DNA of 64,000 bases from Octopus sinensis (Eukaryota): positions 19,158,001-19,222,000 of the forward strand of contig NC_043023.1 of NCBI RefSeq assembly GCF_006345805.1. The letters run 5' to 3'. The position numbers and the translations under genes were made by a program. Shown piece after piece: positions 24,661 through 36,863 of the stretch (the stretch's first letter is position 1; each line of letters starts with the position of its first letter). The notes under the pieces were generated by a model that was given only the letters and a program-made list of their open reading frames with translations, was not told the DNA's origin and made no database searches.

Positions 24661-25016
24661 CTGCAAGAAAGAGAAAATGGGTTTATCAATGTGGGGATTA
24701 GGGGTCAGCCAGAAGAAACATCTGGTTTTAGAAAACCTGCCTCGATATATTTCTTCTGATCCATGCCATACATGTGTGTTTGTATGTGTGTGTATATAAA
24801 AAAGGAAGCTTTGCATTTCTACTAAAACTTCATCTTCATATTCGAGGTGTAGGCATGGCTATATGGTTACAAGTTGACTTCTCAACCACATGGTTCCAAG
24901 TTCAATCCCTCTTAAGGCAGTGTCTTCTATAGCCTCGGGCTGACCAAAACCTTGTGAAGGGATTTAGTAGATAGAAACTGAAAGAAGCCCACCATGTGTG
25001 TTTGTGTGTGTGTGTG

Positions 25017-25050
<34 letters not shown>

Positions 25051-25288
25051 AATATATATATATATAATATTTAAGTGTGTGTGTATATGTATGTATGCGT
25101 ATATAATATTTATGTGTGTGTGTATATGTATGTATGTGTATATAATATTTATGTGTGTGTGTATATATATGTATATATATATATATTTATGTATGTATGT
25201 GTATATATAAATATGTACGTATGTGTGTGTGTATATATATATATATATGTACGTATGTGTGTGTGTATATATATATATATATGTTGTG

Positions 25289-25353
<65 letters not shown>

Positions 25354-25713
25354 TATCTATTTCCGCATATGTGACGACGTTTAGATAAAATGAGGTCAAA
25401 ATTTGCAAAACTTTCCAGGAATTTATCTCATAGCTGTTGTGTAAGATGACTTCTAAATTACACATCTGTGTGCAGGCTAGCTTTAGAAATATTAGTCATG
25501 TAAAGATGCTATTACAAATGTCTTTTTCTACTTACTATATCCTTAGAAATTAAAACAAACGAAATAACATATCTGTTTCTGTGTTATGTTTTTTCAGACA
25601 CACATTGGCTAAAAGGGAACCTGATACTTTTGTCAAACCTCTAAGTTATGGGGACATAAACAAACCAGCATCAAGCGGTTGGAAAAGGGAACAAACACAC
25701 ACACACTCTCTTT

Positions 25714-26886
25714 ACCCTTTTTACTCTTTTACTTGTTTCAGTCATTTGACTGCGGCCATGCTGGAGCACCGCCTTTAGTCGAGCAAATCGACCCCAGGAC
25801 TTATTCTTTTGTAAGCCCAGTACTTATTCTATCGGTCTCTTTTTGCCGAACTGGTAAGTGACGGGGACATAAACACACCAGCATCAGTTGTCAAGCAATG
25901 CTAGGGGGACAAACACAGACACACAAACACATATATATATATATATATACATATATACGACAGGCTTCTTTCAGTTTCCGTCTACCAAATCCACTCACAA
26001 GGCATTGGTTGGCTTGGGGCTATAGCAGAAGACACTTGCCCAAGATGCCACGCAGTGGGACTGAACCCGGAACCATGTGGCTGGTTAGCAAGCTACATAC
26101 CACACAGCCACTCCTGTGCCTATATCCTTAAAAATTGAAACAAGCGAAATAACAAATCTGCTTCTATGTTATGTTTTTTCAGACACACATTGGCTAAAAG
26201 GGAACCTGATACTTTTGTCAAACCTCTAAGTGATGGGGACATAAACACACCAGCATCAAACGGTTGGAAGAGGGAACAAACACACACACACACACACACA
26301 CACACTCTCTTTACCCTTTTTACTCTTTTACTTGTTTCAGTCATTTGACTGCGGCCATGCTGGACTTATTCTTTGTAAACCTAGTACATATTCTGTCGGT
26401 CTCTTTAGCTGAACCGCTAAGTGACGGGGACATAAACACGCCAGCATCAAGCGGTTGGAAGAGGGAACAAACACACACACACACACACACAATTTCTTTA
26501 CCCTTTTTACTCTTTTACTTGTTTCAGTCATTTGACTGTGGCCATGCTGGAGCACCGCCTTTAGTCGAGCAAATCGACACCAGGACTTATTCTTTGTAAG
26601 CCCAGTACATATTCTGTCGGTCTCTTTTGCCGAACCGCTAAGTGACGGGGACGTAAACACACACCAGCATCGGTTGTCAAGCAATGCTAGGAACAAACAC
26701 ACACACACATAAACATATACATATAAATATATACATATATGAGGGGCTTCTGCCAGTTTCCATCCATCAAATCCCTTCACAAGGCTTTGGTTGGCCTGAA
26801 GCTAAGTAGTAGAAGACACCTGCCCAAGGAACAACACGGTGGGACTGAACCCAGAACCATGTGGTTGGGAAACAAGCTTCTTACCA
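25714..26886 (-). mobile_element. Two rearranged SINE family A copies in a local tandem duplication
   Basis: Heads end at ~26120 and ~26886; unique flank duplicated at 25535-25700 and 26125-26290. Confidence 0.75.
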
Positions 26887-26889
26887 TGT

Positions 26890-26891
26890 CT

Positions 26892-26944
<53 letters not shown>

Positions 26945-27010
26945 TATATATATATATGGATATATATATATAGTATATGTATATATATAATATGATTATA
27001 TATATATATG

Positions 27011-27043
<33 letters not shown>

Positions 27044-27183
27044 GTATTATATATATATAGTATATATATATATATGTATATATAATATATGATATATATA
27101 TATATGTATATATATATATATGTATATATATATATAGTATATATATATATATGATATATATATATATGGATATATATATTATG

Positions 27184-27214
<31 letters not shown>

Positions 27215-27265
27215 GTATATATATATATGTATGTATATAGTATATGTATGTATATATATATATTG

Positions 27266-27296
<31 letters not shown>

Positions 27297-27500
27297 GTAT
27301 ATATATATAGTATGTATATATATATATGTATAATATTATATGTATATATATATATATGTATATATATATACTGTATATATATAAGATATGTATATATATA
27401 TATAATGTATATATATTATATGTATATATATATATATGTATATATATGTATGTATGTATATATGTATATATATATATATGGTAATGTATATATATATGTC

Positions 27501-27539
<39 letters not shown>

Positions 27540-27700
27540 GTATTAGATTATATGTATGTATATATATATGTATATATATATGTATGTATATATATATGTA
27601 TATGTATATATGTATATATATTGTATATATATATGTGATGTATATATAATATATGTATGTATATATATATGTATAGATATATTATTGTATATATATAAAT
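26890..27700. repeat. Compound (TA)n/(TATG)n microsatellite
   Basis: Direct inspection. Confidence 0.95.
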
Positions 27701-28185
27701 CTAGGGATTACTAAAATTTACAGGGATCTCTGTATTATGTAATATATTTTAGAGGATTGAATCCAATTTATAAGCAAAATATATATAATAATCATGAGAG
27801 CCAAAACCACTTATTTGCAATCAACAACAAGGAAAGACTTAATCATAAGAAAAATTTTAATATAAAGTAACTATATAGTCGCCAAAATTGTTTCCTGTCT
27901 TCAAATGACATTCTTCAGGTGGATTTCATATTTCTATTCAATCTAAAGTTAGATTGAATGGAAGATATGAAATTCACCTGATGAATGTCATTTGAAGACA
28001 GGAAACAATTGTAGTGGCGATATATTTACTTTATATAAAATTTTTTATGTATTGATTAAGTCTTTCCTTGTTTGATTACAAAATAGTGGTTTTGTCTCTA
28101 ATTATTATTATATAATATTTTGCTATAAAATTGGATTCAATCCTAAATCTGATTTTCCCTGTAAATTTGGATTTATTCCCTAATA
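27700..28185. repeat. Imperfect fold-back, ~245-bp arms, in (TA)n
   Basis: Centre aatcta-aagt-tagatt at ~27947. Confidence 0.88.
27974..28017 (+). ncRNA. Minimal type I hammerhead motif
   Basis: UCAC CUGAUGA A UGUC-auuugaa-GACA G GAAAC AAUU GUA GUGG; mirror copy at 27881-27922 lacks the GUA. Confidence 0.7.
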
Positions 28186-28227
28186 TTTTATTATTTATTA
28201 TATATATTATATATATTATATATATTA

Positions 28228-28271
<44 letters not shown>

Positions 28272-28275
<4 letters not shown>

Positions 28276-28557
28276 GGCCAATGGTTAGGGCAGCGGCCTC
28301 GCGGTTGTAGTATCGAGGTTTCGATTCCCAGACTGGGCGTTGAGTGTTTATTGAGTGAAAACACCTAAAACTCCACGAGGCTCCGGCAGGGGCTGGTGGC
28401 GATCCCTGCTGTACTATTTCGCTTCACTCTTTTTTCTGTTGGCCTGCTTGCTTAGCCAGCGGGGTGGCTTCATTTAAAGGCTAAAGCAATGCGAAACGCA
28501 TTGTGACCAGCGATGTGTAGCAACATCTGATAGCCTGGTCAGTCATGCTGATCGGTG
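28272..28557 (+). mobile_element. SINE family B, tail type 1
   Basis: tRNA-like head (tggttagggcagcgg...ggtttcgattccc). Confidence 0.78.
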
Positions 28558-28572
28558 ATATATATATATAGT

Positions 28573-28971
28573 CTTTTACTTGTTTCAGTCATTTTGACTG
28601 CGGCTATGCTGGAGCACCGCCTTTAGTCAAGCAAATCAACCCCGGGACTTATTCTTTTGTAAGCCCAGTACTTATTCTATCGGTCTCTTTTGCCAAACCG
28701 CTAAGTAACGGGGACATAAACACACCAGCATCGGTTGTCAAGCAATGCTAGGGGGACAAACACAGACACACAAACACACACACATACATATATATATACG
28801 CATATATACGACGGGCTTCTTTCAGTTTCCGTCTACCAAATCTACTCAGAAGGCTTTGGTCAGCCCGAGGCTATAGTAGAAGACACTTGCCCAAGGTGCC
28901 TCGCAATGGGAGTGAACCTGGAACCATGTGGTTGGTTAGCAAGCTACTTACCACACAGCCACTCCTGTGCC
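28573..28971 (-). mobile_element. SINE family A, full copy
   Basis: Reverse complement head to tail. Confidence 0.88.
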
Positions 28972-29172
28972 TATATATATATATATAAAGGTTAAGACCA
29001 CCCCCACTTTGATCATGAACGACCATATGATTGCACCAAGAAGGTTCCCCTGTGAGGTACAATCCCATACCAGCCTCCCCTTTCCATGCCATTGATGTTA
29101 TCCGAGGGAAAGGCAAAGGGGCCGATACAGCTTGGCACCTGTGACATCACAACTCATTTCTACAGCTGAGTG

Positions 29173-29212
<40 letters not shown>

Positions 29213-29235
29213 CAGGTTAGGAAAATATAACTTAC

Positions 29236-29374
29236 TGATAACCCATCATTCTGCATACAACGTTGGCATCAGCATCGTCCCACTCGTCATCACAGATGGT
29301 ACCCCAGGTACCCTCATGGTACACCTCCACACGACCTCCTTGGATGTAGTCACCGTCCACCAAACGGATCAGAT
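29236..29374 (-). CDS. Multi-SRCR gene exon W15 (first half SRCR 6)
   Basis: ctctag|AT...TCA|gtaag; 139 nt, phase 1-2; [46 protein letters not shown]. Confidence 0.95.
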
Positions 29375-29479
29375 CTAGAGATAAGAAGAACATACGTAGA
29401 AAGAGAGAGAAAGATGGATGGATGGATAAGAGACGGACAGATTGACAGAAAGAGAGATGTGTTTTGTTTCTGTTCCTTC

Positions 29480-29752
29480 CGTCTCGAGCCGTGCCTGGCT
29501 CATAAGGGCCGGTTTCCTTGGCGTATAGGTTCCCCACCTGGACGGGACGCCAGTCTGTCGCAGGTGAACAGGAGGAAAGAGTGAGGGGAAGTTGTGGCGA
29601 AAGAGTCAGCAGAAGTTCGCCATTACCTTCTGCCAAATCTACCTGGAGCTGAGGTGTTTTGCTCATAAACACACACATCGCCTGGTCTGAGATTTGAACC
29701 CGTGATCCCTCGACCGCGACTCCGCTGCTCTAACCACTAGGCCATGTGTCTC
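29480..29752 (-). mobile_element. SINE family B, tail type 2
   Basis: Head at right; tail gactggcgtcccgtccaggtggggaacctatacgccaaggaaaccgg. Confidence 0.75.
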
Positions 29753-29974
29753 CACACAAAAAGAGATATGTAAGATGGAGCAAAAAGAATGTTAGGTAAG
29801 CACATACACAGGTGTATGGATAGATAGATAAGTAGGTAGGCAAATAAATATAAATGCAGGTAAGTAGAAAGATAAATAAATAAATTGAGATAGACAAAGT
29901 CAGATAGGTAATTAAAACGCATGGAAAACGGACGTTAAACAATGATGGTGATGATATACAAGTTTGTAAAAAAT

Positions 29975-30635
29975 ATTATTCTGCACGCTCTTGTCCAGTG
30001 TCCGAGTATTGCTGAACTATGGGTTTACGTCGAACAGCTGCTGTCGCGTATAGAACAGATCCGGCTATCAGCTGAATCCATAGTGAAGATTGCCCTGCCG
30101 ACCTCCTTTAACCAGGAAGGCAAGGCAGTTTTCCATTGCCTAGTGGCTGTAGCAAAAGAGGTGGTATGGTGGACCCGTTTGAAAGGGCTAAGGTCAGACA
30201 CTTTCCTCTTTGGCCCAGGCCTCATCAACTTTTTCAAGTTTCCCTTGAAAAGGAAGATGAGGTTAGAGAGGAGAGTGCTGTCCGATAGTAAGTTTTCTGA
30301 AAGGTGGATAAATCTCGCAAGAATGGCCAGTATGAACGGACCAATTCTGAGGATACACCTGTGAAAAATTAAAAGGAAATATAAAAGGAGAAAGGGGCTC
30401 TCTACCCCACTTTTAACCAGGCTCCTGTTGGCTTTTATGGGTTTCTCCACCAGGAACCTTTTTTTCGTAAAGCCTCCCCCATTGGGAGTTTTTCATTGTT
30501 ATATTTTCGTTGTTAAGCTGTTTTTACTCGGATTTTACAAACGGACAAAACCCTTTATAACTTTTCATCCTGTGTTTTGTCCCTTTATGTGATAATTGAT
30601 TTTTGTCAGCCCTTGTGGACAATAACAGAATTAAT
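29975..30635 (+). mobile_element. L1/Tx1-clade LINE 3' fragment with 3' UTR
   Basis: HALVQCPSIAELW...LVAVAKEVVWWTRLK, the zf-RVT downstream region of Tx1/L1 ORF2. Confidence 0.75.
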
Positions 30636-30767
30636 TATTATTATCTACAAATTGTATAATTTGGCACTGTTTACCAAATAATCGCAGAAAATGCACATGG
30701 AAAGTTTGATTGCAAAAAACAACACTACGAGATTATAGTTCTTAAATTTGCTGGAAGGAAGCTAGGG

Positions 30768-30838
30768 GTACGTTAGTGTAAATGGTAACACACTCGTTGT
30801 GAATACATAGAGGTTTGGGTTCGAATCACATGCATACA
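30768..30838 (+). pseudogene. Degenerate tRNA-like sequence (GTG/His-like) or old SINE head
   Basis: A box tagtgtaaatgg, D stem gtgt/acac, B box ggttcgaatc; acceptor and anticodon stems poorly paired. Confidence 0.3.
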
Positions 30839-31319
30839 ACAACCCTACTTTTTAACATTGAGGGCTTATATGTCCCAATTATAGACTATTTAACTTAATC
30901 AATGCACGGTGATCAATTATAAGCTGTAAGCTGATAAAAAATATAATACAGTAAATGAATTGATTGCATCGCAATCCTTAACATTTATGTATTAACTTTG
31001 TTGGGTACTTCACTAGCAGTATATTGGATATATGTTATCCCATGGAGGGTTGCATTTACAACCCCTATCTCAATTTGTAAATAACAAATAATATATATTA
31101 GAAATATTGAATTCCTAAATGTCTCAGAGAGACATAAGCGGTGGTGGAGCGATAGAGTGGTTGTATACTGTCAACTCAATGTGACAGTCCCGTAAGGGAA
31201 TTACACCACCGTTGTTTAGCCCTAGGAAACATCGACGTTTCCTGTCGGCTTTGACACATTTTCTGTGTCCTTATATTTGCAAAGGGGAGGCAATCACCCC
31301 CGCAAGCTGGGACAAGGCA

Positions 31320-31365
31320 CCTGAAGACATATGTTTCTGAGTGTATTGCTCGTCATCTGTCCAGG
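31320..31365 (-). ncRNA. Minimal type I hammerhead motif with U4A change
   Basis: CCUGGA CAGAUGA CGAG-caauaca-CUCA GAAAC AUAU GUC UUCAGG. Confidence 0.7.
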
Positions 31366-31914
31366 GTACTTAGTCTCGCTCACTGAGATGATTGCAACCT
31401 CTCCGCAAATATATCCTATTTTCAGTAAAATTTATTTACTGATTACCAAAATTAGAAATATTGAATTTCTAAATGTCTCAGAGAGACATGAGCAGTGGTG
31501 GGGCGATATAGTGGTTGTATACTCTCAACTCAATATGACAGTCCCGTAATATATATAATATATATTTTTATAAAACATATAACTTATAACTAGATCTCAA
31601 AAAGTTGATTTTTATACTTTTTGAGATATAGTTACAAGTTGTATGTTTTATAAAAATATATATAATTTGTTATTTATCTATTGGTTTATGTCTATCACTG
31701 TTTGAGTTGCATAATAGTGGTTTTATCTCTAATTTATATTTTATATATTTATACTGTGAAATTTGATTTAATACTAAATGAATTTTTCCCTGTAAGTTTG
31801 GAGTTATACTCCCTAATATTATTATTATTATATATATATATATTATTATATATATATTATATATATATATATATGTTTATAATAAGATTAGCTCGTATAC
31901 GAGTGGGTATATAT

Positions 31915-32350
31915 TTGTAAAAAATGAGTTTGAAAATGCCGCTATATTAGACAAATTTTAATTTAACATGTTTCGGTTCTTGAAATAACGAACCTTATCA
32001 AAAAGATTTTTTTATATATAATAAAGAGAGTCCATGCTATATATTTAAAGAGTATGATGTAATAGTTCATAATTGTGACATACATTCAATAGAGTCAAAT
32101 ATAAAAAATTCATATATAATAAAGAGTGTCCATGCTATATGTTTAAAGAGTATGATGTAATATCTCATGACTCTATTGAATGTATGTCACAATTATGAAC
32201 TATTACATCATACTCTTTAAACATATAGCATGGACTCTCTTTATTATATATAAAAAATCTTTTTGATAAGGTTCGTTATTTCAAGAACCGAAACATGTTA
32301 AATTAAAATTTGTCTAATATAGCGGCATTTTCAAACTTCATTTTTTACAA
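31915..32350. repeat. Fold-back, 183-bp arms, 70-bp spacer, ending in (TA)n
   Basis: 31915-32097 is the near-exact reverse complement of 32168-32350. Confidence 0.92.
32260..32302 (+). ncRNA. Candidate U3-A8 variant hammerhead (mirror copy 31962-32005, minus)
   Basis: UUU UUGAUAA GGUUC-guuauuucaa-GAACC GAAAC AU GUU AAA; stem I only 3 A-U pairs. Confidence 0.55.
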
Positions 32351-32356
32351 ATATAT

Positions 32357-32449
<93 letters not shown>

Positions 32450-32482
32450 ACAATATATATATATAATATTATTATATATATC

Positions 32483-32519
<37 letters not shown>

Positions 32520-32584
32520 ACATAATATATATATATATATATATATATATCCACAATAATATATATATATACACACACACACAT

Positions 32585-33230
32585 AAAGTTAATCCAAACA
32601 TGAAAACACAAAGAGAAAGCACAACGCGAGGACGTGGAACAAGTATAGTATTATTGGACACTCAGAAAATAAGGAAAGAAGGAGTATTAACGTTTTGAGC
32701 GGAGCTCTTCGTCGGAAACATAGGAAAAGGAAAGATCCAGAGAAGGGAACACGGAGGAAAAAAATCACCAACGGTACACACGCGGTCACATTTTGAATTG
32801 GCGCAGGAACTGGTTGACGTCGGTGTGGGTCTCAAATTCGTCGCAGTGGTACATGAGAGGCATGAAGCGGAGTCCCCTACTGAGGAGAGAGCGCTCGGCA
32901 GCGGAGAGGGGGAGGTTGGGTGGTATAGTGACAACAGTGCGAGGGAGCAGGGTGGTGGGATGAGTGGGGTCAAGAAGAAGGGGTTCAGAGGTGTGGGGAG
33001 GAGGAAGCTGAGGTCTGGGGAACATTAACATTGAAGGAAGAGTAGAGGGTGACAGATCAGGAGGCAGGAAAAGAACGCAATGGATGGACAGTATTAAGAA
33101 TGGTTGGGCAAGGGTGGGAAGGAAGATAGAGAATTCACGCTTAATTGGGAAGACTTTTGTTGCAGTATCATCAATGTGCTGCAGGCATGCAATATATTGC
33201 AACGACGACATATTGGATCAAAACTGACGT
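32585..33230 (-). mobile_element. Internally deleted Penelope-like element: ORF N-terminal piece joined to a pLTR-like tail with a degenerate hammerhead
   Basis: LPLSAAERSLLSRGLRFMP...DEF...D...F.R resembles the PLE N-terminal LS..E..LL.KGL.F.P motif; CCGACGA-A-GAGC-TCC-GCTC-AAAAC-GT at 32687-32718. Confidence 0.7.
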
Positions 33231-33292
33231 AAGGACAAAGAAAAGAGAGTGAAGTCAGGGGGAGATAACTGCAGTGTTAAATATTTACTCAC

Positions 33293-33343
33293 CAGAGTCA
33301 CGTGGTTTCTCTGTACTTTCCCATGATGCATCAGTGGTTGAGT
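33293..33343 (-). CDS. Multi-SRCR gene exon W14 (linker)
   Basis: first AG after the pyrimidine tract (ctgaaag|AC)...CTG|gtgag; 51 nt, phase 1-1; DSTTDASWESTEKPRDS; acceptor weaker than the others. Confidence 0.72.
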
Positions 33344-33443
33344 CTTTCAGCAAAATGTCCCATGGAAGCAAAGAAATACAGAAATAAAAACAGCGATTGA
33401 AGTTTAACAAAGATTAGGAAAGAAATCTCTGCACCTTGCAATC

Positions 33444-33445
<2 letters not shown>

Positions 33446-33492
<47 letters not shown>

Positions 33493-33905
33493 TTTCTCCT
33501 CTTTTTCTTTCTCTCTCTCTCTTTTCCTCTTTCTCTTTCTCTCTCTCTCTCTCTCTCTATTTTATATTATCTTTCTCTCATCCTCTTTTTCCTCTTTCTC
33601 TTTATCTTTTTTATCTCTTTTCCTCTCTTTCTCTCTCTCTCTCTTTTCATCTTTCTCTTTCTCTTTCTCTCTCTCTCTCTCTCTCTATTTCATTTTCTCT
33701 TTCTCCCTCTTTCTCCTCTTTCTCTTTATCTTTCTATCTCTTCTTCTCTCCTTCTTGCTCTCTCTCTCTCTCTCTCTCTCTCTATTTCATTTTCTCTTTC
33801 TCATCTCTCTCTTTCTCCTCTTTCTCTTTCTCTCTCCCTCTTTTTCCTCTTTCTCTTTATCATCTCTTTTTCTCTATTTCTCTCTCTCTCACTTTCTCTC
33901 CCTTC
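33446..33905. repeat. (CT)n-rich polypyrimidine tract
   Basis: Direct inspection. Confidence 0.95.
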
Positions 33906-34389
33906 CCCTCTCTCCAACAACATATTCTCCTAACAACCCCTCCCTCCATTTGTGCCATCCTCCCACTCTCCTATTGTAATCTCCTGAACTTAACCACCCA
34001 CTCACCCCCGTCGAGAGGGGTGAGTGGGTGGGAAAGAGGTTTTGTCTTCTAAGTTATTTGGATTCCTCATTCCAGAGGATACCAAATAAAAATCACCCAG
34101 TCCACCCACTAAACTGGTTGGCATCAGAAAGGGCATCCAGTTGTAGAATCCATGCCAAAACAGGAAATTGGGACCTGATGCAGCTATCTAGCTGGCCAGA
34201 TCTTGACAAATTGTCCAACTTATGCCAGAATGGAAGACCGATGTTAAATCATGATACTTTCTGTCCCTCTGCCCATATTCAAATCTATCCTCACTTTTCA
34301 CAAAGCCATCTTCCTTAATATGACTCCCTTCCTCAGTTGAGTGGTCTCATCTCCCATGTTGCTTGGTGACCCTGCTGCTGCTGGTGTCA

Positions 34390-35265
34390 CATGCAAAGCA
34401 CCCAGTACACTCTGTAAAGGGGTTGGCATTACGAAGGGCATCCAGCTATAGAAACCATACCAAAGCAGACCTCACTGGTGCTGGTGCCACATAAAAAGCA
34501 CCCAGTACACTCTGTAAAGTGGTTGGCATTAGGAAGGGCATCCAGCCATAGAAACCATGCCAAAGTAGACCTCACTGGTGCTGGTGCCACATAAAAAGCA
34601 CCCAGTACACTCTGTAAAGTGGTTGGCATTAGGAAGGGCATCCAGCCCTAGAAACCATGCCAAAGCAGACCTCACTGGTGCTGGTGCCACATAAAAAGCA
34701 CCCAGTACACTCTGTAAAGTGGTTGGCATTAGGAAGGGCATCCAGCCCTAGAAACCATGCCAAAGCAGACCTCACTGGTGCTGGTGCCACATAAAAAGCA
34801 CCCAGTACATTCTGTAAAGTGATTGGCATTAGGAAGGGCATCCAACCATAGAAACCATACCAAAGCAGACCTCACTGGTACTGGTGGCACATAAGAGGCA
34901 CCCAGTACATTCTGTAAGGTGATTGACATTTGGAAGGGCATCCAGCCCTAGAAACCATGCCAAAGCAGACCTCACTGGTGCTGGGCACATAAGAAGCACC
35001 CAGTACACTCTGTAAAGTGATTGCATTAGGCATAGCCCTAGGACATCCAGCCATTAGAAACCAACCAAAAGCAGACCTCACTGGTACTGGTGGCACATAA
35101 GAGGCACCCAGTACATTCTGTAAGGTGATTGGCATTTGGAAGGGCATCCAGCCCTAGAAACCATGCCAAAGCAGACCTCACTGGTGCTGGTGCCACATAA
35201 GAAGCACCCAGTACACTCTGTAAAGTGATTGGCATTAGGAAGGGCATCCAGCCATAGAAACCATA
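34390..35265 (+). repeat. 100-bp minisatellite (~9 units) derived from RTE 3' UTR
   Basis: Unit gcacccagtacactctgtaaagtggttggcattaggaagggcatccagcc...; four track ORFs offset by exactly 100 nt. Confidence 0.92.
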
Positions 35266-35482
35266 CCAAAGCATCCAGATAAAGAAACCGGCCAAAACAG
35301 ACAGGGGGACCTGGTGCAATTCTCTGGCTTGCCAGTTCCTGTCAAACCATCCAACCCATGCCAGCTTGATAATAACAGACATTAAATGACAATATATGCA
35401 TGTAACATCCATCACCAGCACACAGACCCTAACCCTCAGCCAGCCAGTGACTCGATCAACGACCCCCTTTATCAATCCTTAC

Positions 35483-35652
35483 CGTCAGTACACATCACAC
35501 TTGCGTCTTCGTGGTGTCCACAATTGTGCAGGTTCCACCCTGGGAACTCACACGCCGAAATGGTCTCTTCTGAGCCATCGCATCTCACATCATCCAAAAG
35601 TATGTCGCCTTCACCTTGACCAAAAGTGGCTGAAAGCAGAGCTTGACCACCA
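35483..35652 (-). CDS. Multi-SRCR gene exon W13 (second half SRCR 5)
   Basis: ttctag|T...ACG|gtaag; 170 nt, phase 2-1; [56 protein letters not shown]. Confidence 0.95.
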
Positions 35653-35908
35653 CTAGAAAGATGAGTAAGAGAAAAAGAAGCAATACTGTAGTATATCTTT
35701 CATTCAGGCATAGTGTATCTAGGAGTACATTATCTAACGTATAGTATAGCAGTTACTATTAGTGGCTATAGTAAGGTAATCTTAGTTTTATCCGAACACA
35801 TAAGACAGCTATTATGCTTACTCGCCACAAAAAAACACCACGTGGATTCTGTTGAGACCAGTAAGAAACAATTATGAACTTTTTTATTACACTTAACTTT
35901 TTTAAATA

Positions 35909-35955
35909 TTTTTGATAAGGTTCGTTTTTTCAAGAAGAACCAAAACATGTATAAT
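35909..35955 (+). ncRNA. Second copy of the U3-A8 hammerhead-like family, G12A
   Basis: UUGAUAA GGUUC...GAACC AAAAC AU GUA; downstream sequence homologous to 31872-31960 reversed. Confidence 0.45.
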
Positions 35956-36084
35956 TTCTAAGAAAATTAAAATTTATCTTATATAGTGGCGTTTTTAAAC
36001 TTCTTTTTTATAAATATATACCCACTCGTATTCAACCTACACTTATTATAAATATGTGTGTGTGTGTGTGTGTATGTATGTATA

Positions 36085-36319
36085 CTCTTTACTCTTTTAC
36101 TCTTTTACTTGTTTCAGTCATTTGACTGCGGCCATGCTGGAGCACCGCCTTTAATCGAACAACTCGACCCCGGGACTTATTCTTTTGTAAGCACAGTACT
36201 TATTCTATCGGTCTCTTTTGCCGAACCGCTAAGTAACGGGGACGTAAACACACCAGCATCGGTTGTCAAGCAATGCTAAGGGGACAAACACAGAAACACA
36301 AAACATACATACACATACA

Positions 36320-36375
<56 letters not shown>

Positions 36376-36550
36376 ATATATAAATATACGCAGGCTTCTT
36401 TCAGTTTCCGTCTACCAAATCCACTCACAAGGCATTGGTCGGCTGGGGGCTATAGCAGAAGACACTTGCCCGAGATGCCACGCAGTGGGACTGAACCTGG
36501 AACCATGTGGTTGGTTAGCAAGCTACTTACCACACAGCCACTCCTGCGCC
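36085..36550 (-). mobile_element. SINE family A, full copy
   Basis: Reverse complement head to tail. Confidence 0.88.
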
Positions 36551-36652
36551 TATGTATGTAAATATTTATATAATGTGTGTGTGTGTAAATTGCCAATAAA
36601 CCAGACGGAGAGATGGACTGATAAACAAACAGAGATAGTACAATATACTTAC

Positions 36653-36797
36653 CTCAATGACAGCATCCTGCAAATGACTTGAGCATCTTGTGTGTCCCAG
36701 TCGTCATCACAAACTGTTCCCCATTTTCCTTTGTATAGAATTTCGACGCGGCCATACAGATAGGAGTCACTACCAGCTAGACGGACACTTACTGGGA
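36653..36797 (-). CDS. Multi-SRCR gene exon W12 (first half SRCR 5)
   Basis: ttgcag|TC...GAG|gtaag; 145 nt, phase 1-2; [48 protein letters not shown]. Confidence 0.94.
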
Positions 36798-36828
36798 CTG
36801 CAACGACAGAGAAGTAGACATACATATG

Positions 36829-36859
<31 letters not shown>

Positions 36860-36863
<4 letters not shown>

